Positions 16,046 through 21,273 of a stretch of DNA of 21,273 nt are shown here, one piece after another; the first letter of the stretch is position 1; each line of letters opens with the position of its first letter. The DNA is from Promethearchaeota archaeon (GTDB lineage: Archaea; Asgardarchaeota; Lokiarchaeia; Sigyniarchaeales; SOKP01): positions 1 through 21,273 of the forward strand of contig JAUVNS010000031.1 in assembly GCA_030599585.1 (NCBI GenBank), read 5' to 3'. The notes beneath the pieces were generated by a model. The model was not told the origin of the DNA. It saw nothing but the letters and a program-made list of their open reading frames with translations, and made no database searches. The position numbers and the translations under genes were made by a program.

Positions 16046-17566
16046 ATGCCGATTAAAGGTTTAGCTGTCTTTTCCGCACCAAGAGGGAAGGAACGACTTA
16101 ATATTAGATTGGAAAAGGAAACTTTGGTTAAAGCTATAAATAACACAGGCTATGCTCATTTATTTGATATTACTCCAGAATTACATATAACTCTACCTAA
16201 ATTTAAAGAACTGTTAAAAGATGATTTTCAACTAATCCAATTTTCAGGACATTCAAATCAAACACATATTTTTTTTGAAAAAGAGGATGGTACTAGTCGC
16301 AGAATCCCAATAAATTCCTTTATTAAATTTATAGAGAAGAAACTTCAATCCCCTGACAATCAACTTAAATGCATGATTTTTAATTCGTGTTTTTCCTTCA
16401 AATTAGGTGAAGAATTATCCAAACTAGGTATATGTACGATCTCAATGGAACAAGAAATTAAGGAAGAAGCAGCTAGATTATTCACAGAAGGCTTTTATGA
16501 GGCTTATAGCCCTGAGACAACAATTCTCGAAATGTTTGAAAATGCTAAAAATAACATGCAACTACATAATCACCCTAACTGGAAGATACCTGAACTCAAA
16601 GGAGATGGAAATCTCAAGTTTGACATAATTGAAATCCCAGAATTTCAACCATACCAGGGAGTATTGCTCATTCAGGAACATTATGAAATATTAAAAGAAT
16701 TTGAAGGTTTAATTGGTAATAAATCTATTCCAATCGTAAATAAAGTCGAAATTGACACATTTGGCTTTTCTGAAAACGATGGTCGAATAATCTCTTTAGG
16801 ACTCCCAAGCTGTGGATTGACATTTCTACCATTTTCAATTAAGAATTTAAATTCACTTCAAATTCTTGGTTTAAATAACAATGAAATAACTACTTTACCA
16901 AAAACAATTGGACACCTTAATTCACTTCAAATATTATGGATTAAAAACAATAAAATAAAAATTTTACCAGATACAATTGGAAACCTTAAATCATTAACAG
17001 AACTTAATTTGAGTGCAAATCAGTTATTGAATTTACCGGAAAGCATTGGAAACTTACAATCATTAATAAAATTAGAATTATATCACAATCAAATTAAAAA
17101 AATTCCAAAAACTATTGGATCGCTAAATTCTCTCCAAACTTTAAATCTTTCTAAAAACCAACTCAATGAGATTCCAGATGAAATTGGACAGCTTAAATTG
17201 CTCACATATCTTGATTTGAGTGATAATCTAATAAAATCCCTTCCTTCAACAATTGGACAACTTAATTCACTCAAAAATCTTATTTTAAATAGTAATCGAT
17301 TAGTATCTCTCCCAATATCGATAGATGGCCTTACATCTCTCATCTACTTGTCTTTATGGAAGAATAAATTGAAAAAACTCCCGAATTCTATAGGAAATCT
17401 AAAATCTCTTGAATATTTAATTTTATCGGATAATCAATTAAAATCTTTCCCTATTTCAATTATATGCTGCAAAAATCTTGAAATCTTTAGTTTTAAAAAT
17501 AATCCAATTAAAATTGTCCCTCATGAAATATCTAGTTGGTTGAAAAAATTTAGAAAAAAAAAATAG
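16046..17566 (+). CDS. CHAT (caspase-like, clan CD) protease fused to leucine-rich repeats
   Basis: Motifs LAVFSAP...L...E, IQFSGHS (His69), MIFNSCFS (Cys115) and AARLFTEGFY. An LRR cap (GFSENDGRIISLGL) is followed by ten 23-aa LRRs. Confidence 0.9.
   Translation: MPIKGLAVFSAPRGKERLNIRLEKETLVKAINNTGYAHLFDITPELHITLPKFKELLKDDFQLIQFSGHSNQTHIFFEKEDGTSRRIPINSFIKFIEKKLQSPDNQLKCMIFNSCFSFKLGEELSKLGICTISMEQEIKEEAARLFTEGFYEAYSPETTILEMFENAKNNMQLHNHPNWKIPELKGDGNLKFDIIEIPEFQPYQGVLLIQEHYEILKEFEGLIGNKSIPIVNKVEIDTFGFSENDGRIISLGLPSCGLTFLPFSIKNLNSLQILGLNNNEITTLPKTIGHLNSLQILWIKNNKIKILPDTIGNLKSLTELNLSANQLLNLPESIGNLQSLIKLELYHNQIKKIPKTIGSLNSLQTLNLSKNQLNEIPDEIGQLKLLTYLDLSDNLIKSLPSTIGQLNSLKNLILNSNRLVSLPISIDGLTSLIYLSLWKNKLKKLPNSIGNLKSLEYLILSDNQLKSFPISIICCKNLEIFSFKNNPIKIVPHEISSWLKKFRKKK
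16817..17506 (+). repeat. Ten tandem 69-bp/23-aa LRR units
   Basis: Consensus LxxLPxsIGxLxsLxxLxLxxNx. Confidence 0.9.
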
Positions 17567-17577
17567 AATTCTATTTT

Positions 17578-18129
17578 TTATTGATTTAAAGATTGATCAA
17601 CTTTTATGCCAATGTCAATAAACATTTGACGAGCTCTATCTCCACTCATAGATTCAGGTTGTATATTTGCCAATTTAGTCAACTCATTATTCCCTATTTT
17701 TATTAATTTTCCGTCTTTAACTAAGTTTCTAATTTGCTCAAAGATTGGACCATATAATTGCTGATATGGTAATCCCGCTTGACAACTCATCTCCATAAAT
17801 TCCAATTGTGGGCAGATATATATTATATTAAATCCAAACCTAAAAGCTGCTGCTATCATTCCACCTAAAAATGTATCTATTTCAATTGATAAGGTATTTC
17901 TTACATCAAGACCTGCACGTGCGTTTTCTAAAATCTTTTCCTTTATTTTATTTTCCTTCAATTTTGATAAGGCTTTTTTCAATTTTTTTTTAGGAAAACC
18001 AATTCGGGAAGAGAACAATTCTGCTTGGGAGATCAAGTTTTTCCGTTCTTGAAAGCTTCCAAAATACCATGAAATCTTTGCTATTGTAAAACCTAGTCTA
18101 TATGATGCACCAATTTCCATATTTAACAC
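17578..18129 (-). CDS. Hypothetical helical protein with an internal two-fold repeat
   Basis: 183-aa ORF convergent on CHAT-LRR. IGASYRLGFTI (6-16) resembles IAAAFRFGFNI (92-102). The start may be the ATG at 18120. Confidence 0.72.
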   Translation of the reverse strand: MLNMEIGASYRLGFTIAKISWYFGSFQERKNLISQAELFSSRIGFPKKKLKKALSKLKENKIKEKILENARAGLDVRNTLSIEIDTFLGGMIAAAFRFGFNIIYICPQLEFMEMSCQAGLPYQQLYGPIFEQIRNLVKDGKLIKIGNNELTKLANIQPESMSGDRARQMFIDIGIKVDQSLNQ

Positions 18130-18231
18130 TCTTAAAATATTTTCTAATTCTATCTTATTATTATCTTAAATCAATTAATATTCAATTTCATATTTCATTA
18201 ATCAAATCCAATATTTAATGTTTAGGATAAT

Positions 18232-18471
18232 TTAAATATCTTTAAAATAGTCAATATTCCTATTCAATGCTCGTTCAATTAAAGTTTCAAAGGTTATTTC
18301 TAAAAAAATTTTAATATCCCAATAATGGAATAATTCCTTTCGTAGAAGAAAAATAACATCAAAAATGATAATAGTATTATCAGGAATCTTGATTAACTCT
18401 TGATTTAATTCGTGCTCCTTTTTGTAATTAAAAATCTTGGTAAAGATAGTTAACTTTCTTTTCCTTCTTCC
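18232..18471 (-). pseudogene. Internal fragment of a uridine kinase-like P-loop kinase
   Basis: Reads ...IFNYKKEHELNQELIKIPDNTIIIFDVIFLLRKELFHYWDIKIFLEITFETLIERALNRN. This fits the IIvDGiFLlRxEL..yWD..Ifl...ERa..RD pattern, but lacks a start and Walker A and is bounded by stops. Confidence 0.65.
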
Positions 18472-18647
18472 TTAAAGCTATACATTACGACCTTTCCAAT
18501 ATTTCGAGACATACTAATCTTCTTTTCTTTTACCAATACTTTTAAATATGTACTTACAGTATGATGATTTAGCTTTAGTTTATCCGAAATTTCTTTAATA
18601 TTAAAATCTTTAGGATAATTTCTTTGTAGAAACTGAACGAATTTTTG
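18450..18647 (-). pseudogene. Winged helix-turn-helix protein lacking its start
   Basis: Reads QKFVQFLQRNYPKDFNIKEISDKLKLNHHTVSTYLKVLVKEKKISMSRNIGKVVMYSFKEEGKES*. An in-frame TAA lies immediately upstream, within the 50-bp repeat. Confidence 0.7.
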
Positions 18648-18743
18648 TTATAGTATGAATTATTACATCATTTCATAATTTTTGTTAAGAATTTTTGTTA
18701 TACTATGAATTATTACATCATTTCATAATTTTTGTTAAGAATT
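18639..18743. repeat. 50-bp tandem duplication (2.1 copies)
   Basis: 18639-18688 and 18689-18738 differ at one base. Each unit contains two AATTTTTGTTA subrepeats and a TATGAA/TTCATA inverted pair. Confidence 0.92.
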
Positions 18744-19078
18744 CGCAGTTCAAAAAACCAATTATAAGCGCCCGTTGTAGGAATCTCGTGATTACCTAAA
18801 ACGAATACTATATAAACGCCTTGATTTTTTATGGTATAAAGTAAATCATAGATTCTCTTAAATTCGGGATTATTGCATAAGTTTCTAAAAGTATTCATAA
18901 TGATGTCAAATGTATCTCCAAGGATAATAAAAGTTTTCAATTGAGGTAGATTACCTCGTTCTATATCTTGAAATAAATTAAGGAGAAATAGCTCAAATTC
19001 GCTTATTTTACAATATAAATCACCTAAGTGAATGTCCGATATAACAATTACCAATGATTTTCTATTAAATGTAGTCAT
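18713..19078 (-). pseudogene. 3'-truncated calcineurin-like metallophosphoesterase
   Basis: SDIHLG, GDTFD and GNHE are present, but the later His and GHxH motifs are absent. The ORF ends inside the 50-bp repeat. Confidence 0.8.
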
Positions 19079-19183
19079 TATAACACTTATTTTGTTTTTA
19101 TGTAAGATAAGATAAATTTATAAATTATATTAAAACCTTGATGGCTTTTGCTATATTTATTTAGCATCTAGGGAGGTCTATTC

Positions 19184-19396
19184 TTATAATTTAGTGTATT
19201 TCTGTTTTCTTTTCTTTAATGAAAAGAATATTGTAGGGATTCCTATTAATTCACAACCAATACCGAACAATAAAAACAATGATTCTCCTGCGACTGGTCC
19301 GACATATGGAATTAGAGAGGGATTACTCAACATAATAAAAAATAAAAACCCCGTAAAGACAAACAATACGCCAAATACAAATAATGGATTCTTCAT
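19184..19396 (-). CDS. Small two-TM membrane protein
   Basis: 70 aa, with two hydrophobic helices and a basic tail. Confidence 0.6.
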   Translation of the reverse strand: MKNPLFVFGVLFVFTGFLFFIMLSNPSLIPYVGPVAGESLFLLFGIGCELIGIPTIFFSLKKRKQKYTKL

Positions 19397-19459
19397 TTTA
19401 ATTCAATTAACATTAAGATCTTCATTTTAAACAAGAAGACATTAAATATAAATATAATT

Positions 19460-19513
19460 GTTACTTTATGTGACTAAATATTATTATACTAATTATAATG
19501 TAACTTAAGTAAC
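19460..19513. promoter_or_regulatory. GTNAC-repeat candidate operator in a divergent promoter
   Basis: GTTAC-N5-GTGAC (19460-19474) and GTAAC-N4-GTAAC (19500-19513). The outer GTTACTT and AAGTAAC are inverted repeats. Confidence 0.4.
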
Positions 19514-19523
19514 TAGATTTTTT

Positions 19524-20396
19524 ATGTCGGATAGGTTAGCAAATGTAAAAGAACGTAGGGCAATGATTGTACCTGTAGGTCTTGAAGTAGCAAGAATTAT
19601 TGAGGGGTTTACTCCTTATGCTATAAATGTACTTTATTTAATAACAAACCCAGAAAACAATTCTGAAGGAAAAACAACTAATGTGAATGATAAAAAGAAA
19701 AAATTATCTTCAGTACAAAAATATACCCTCAAATTTGCTAAAATGATAAAGAGAAAATTCGAAGATTCTTACTTAATTGTGGAATTTAAATATGCCGCTT
19801 TAAATTCTTTTTATGAATGTTATAATATTTTAGATGAGATCTACAAAGAAGAGATTGCAACAAATAAATTAAAACACATTTTCATTAATGTATCTACCGC
19901 ATCTAAAGCCTTTGCGTTATCTGCATATGTTTTTGCTCTAATACATTTTAATATAGTGACAATTTTTTATATGAAGGCATCTAAATATCTTATTTTAGAA
20001 TATTTAGAAAAAGATGGTTCAATAAAAGAATTGGAAACAGAGTTTTTAAAAAATGGTTTAACAAAAGGGCCATATAAAATTGAGGAAATTCCAACTTTTC
20101 CTATATTAGAATTTTCTCAAGATGAAAAAACTTTGATAAAAATACTTGCTATTCAAGATCAATTTAACACTATAAAAGAAATCATAAGAGAATTCGTTAC
20201 TGAAACCGACCAATCTGTTGAATGGGACGATTTAAAAAAAAAAGATAAAAATCGTTATAGAACAAAGGTAAAACGGCTATTAGATAACTTGCAACGTAAG
20301 CGCCACATCGAATATGAAAAAAAAGCAAATAAAATAAATGTTAAAGTCAATGAAAGCTTAAAACATATTGATCAGATAATTAATTGGCAAGCATAA
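19524..20396 (+). CDS. CARF-like Rossmann + winged-HTH transcription regulator (DUF6293/HFX_2341/Csa3-like)
   Basis: Motifs IVPVGLEVARI, LYLIT, IFINVSTASK, IFYMKASKY and IEEIPTFPI, then a C-terminal wHTH (KVKRLLDNLQRKRHIEYEK). Confidence 0.78.
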   Translation: MSDRLANVKERRAMIVPVGLEVARIIEGFTPYAINVLYLITNPENNSEGKTTNVNDKKKKLSSVQKYTLKFAKMIKRKFEDSYLIVEFKYAALNSFYECYNILDEIYKEEIATNKLKHIFINVSTASKAFALSAYVFALIHFNIVTIFYMKASKYLILEYLEKDGSIKELETEFLKNGLTKGPYKIEEIPTFPILEFSQDEKTLIKILAIQDQFNTIKEIIREFVTETDQSVEWDDLKKKDKNRYRTKVKRLLDNLQRKRHIEYEKKANKINVKVNESLKHIDQIINWQA

Positions 20397-20462
20397 AACA
20401 ACAATTAAAGAGATTCCTTTAAAAAGAAAAGAGATTGTAATCTTAATCCCTGATTTTTCATA

Positions 20463-20486
20463 TCTAAGTGCATAGTTGCACTTAGA
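20463..20486. other. Perfect 10-bp inverted repeat TCTAAGTGCA-TAGT-TGCACTTAGA
   Basis: Seen directly. It is intergenic, between the regulator and the last ORF. Confidence 0.6.
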
Positions 20487-20710
20487 AATTCTAGGTTTTT
20501 AAATAAAAGCCTTGTGTGTGATAAAATAGATAAACTATCACGTTTCCCAGTATTGTTTATGATTAAACTTCCATACAGAAATGAAACTATCATAGAACTA
20601 TCGGAAGCTCAATTATAAATGGAACTGAATCTCAACCTTTAATTAATCATCATAAAGATGATAAAACCAAAATTTAAAAAAAAAGAGTTGAATAAAAAAA
20701 AATATTTGAG

Positions 20711-21007
20711 GTGAAAATGGTGGAGAAAATGAAACTAAAAGTGACTACAGCATTGATAGTATCATTGCTTTTGATAAATGTCATAGCATTTGTTACACCA
20801 GTGAAAGCTGCTGATCCTAATCGTATCTTAATGATTGATGCCATGGCAAAAGGAGATTACTTAGATATTTCTGGAGCTACTAATTCTATCATTGCAAAGA
20901 TTAAATATGATAAAGTCAGTGGTAACCCTTTGGCACAAGTAGAATTGCAATATCAGAAGAAGAACAAGCCTTCCATCGTGCAAGACCTTTACTGTATAAT
21001 GATGTGA
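20711..21007 (+). pseudogene. N-terminus of a secreted protein, probably truncated or frameshifted
   Basis: GAGGTGA SD before the ATG at 20717 and a signal peptide ending VTPVKA|ADP. The C-terminus is short and aberrant, and an overlapping frame stays open to ~21083. Confidence 0.5.
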
Positions 21008-21273
21008 AGGTGTATTTGTTGACAAATACATTGATTAAATATGAAGTCGTAGAAGCCTCTTTAAATTTTAAGCGGAATTCTTAATGTTGGAAAAAACGAC
21101 TCGGCTACATTGGATTATTGGCTTAAACTCAATTATGAACTGAATAAAAAAAAGAATAACATTTTACAAGATCCTCTAATGTCTTTAATATACGCGTAAT
21201 TCAAATTAATGTGATTATTAATATTTTAAGAATAGAACAATTCTTTTCTTAATAATTACCATGAACTTAAACA

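Noticed and set aside
18639-18743. CRISPR array
   Set aside because: Only two directly abutting 50-bp copies with no spacers, and no cas genes nearby.
3663-19430. Tracked ORFs 3663-3848, 6648-6860, 6984-7193, 8934-9317, 9523-9711, 13664-13861, 17089-17343 and 19194-19430
   Set aside because: They are antisense to or overlap better-supported genes and lack motifs.
20405-20670. Minus-strand 62-aa ORF and a short FeoB-like 'VPFIIELP' peptide
   Set aside because: The match is too short and is interrupted by stops, so it cannot be supported without a search.

Overview
AT-rich archaeal DNA, most likely from an Asgard (Lokiarchaeia-like) genome. This is inferred from GGTGA/GAGG ribosome-binding sites, T-run terminators, a Lokiarchaeia-style LRR cap and a GGGCP C-terminal domain. 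The window is an accessory region with no rRNA, tRNA or CRISPR array. From left to right it contains: a string of small ORFs with a ribbon-helix-helix gene (1-2500); an M6-family metalloprotease; a complete 1841-bp IS element with 35-bp terminal inverted repeats (TIRs) and an ACTT target-site duplication, inserted at a T21 tract; a secreted subtilisin plus a membrane protein; and degenerate small ORFs. Next come a co-oriented TylF methyltransferase, BtrN-like radical SAM dehydrogenase, BtrR-like aminotransferase and CDP-alcohol phosphotransferase (candidate aminocyclitol or aminocyclitol-lipid pathway), followed by a ~270-nt extensively self-complementary intergenic element. After that are a two-gene Pepco/Trypco-like + CHAT(caspase-like)-LRR operon (candidate sensor-protease-effector immune module), a mosaic of three gene fragments around a 50-bp tandem duplication, and a CARF-like/wHTH regulator. 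Family assignments come from motif recognition and recalled sequences, not database searches.
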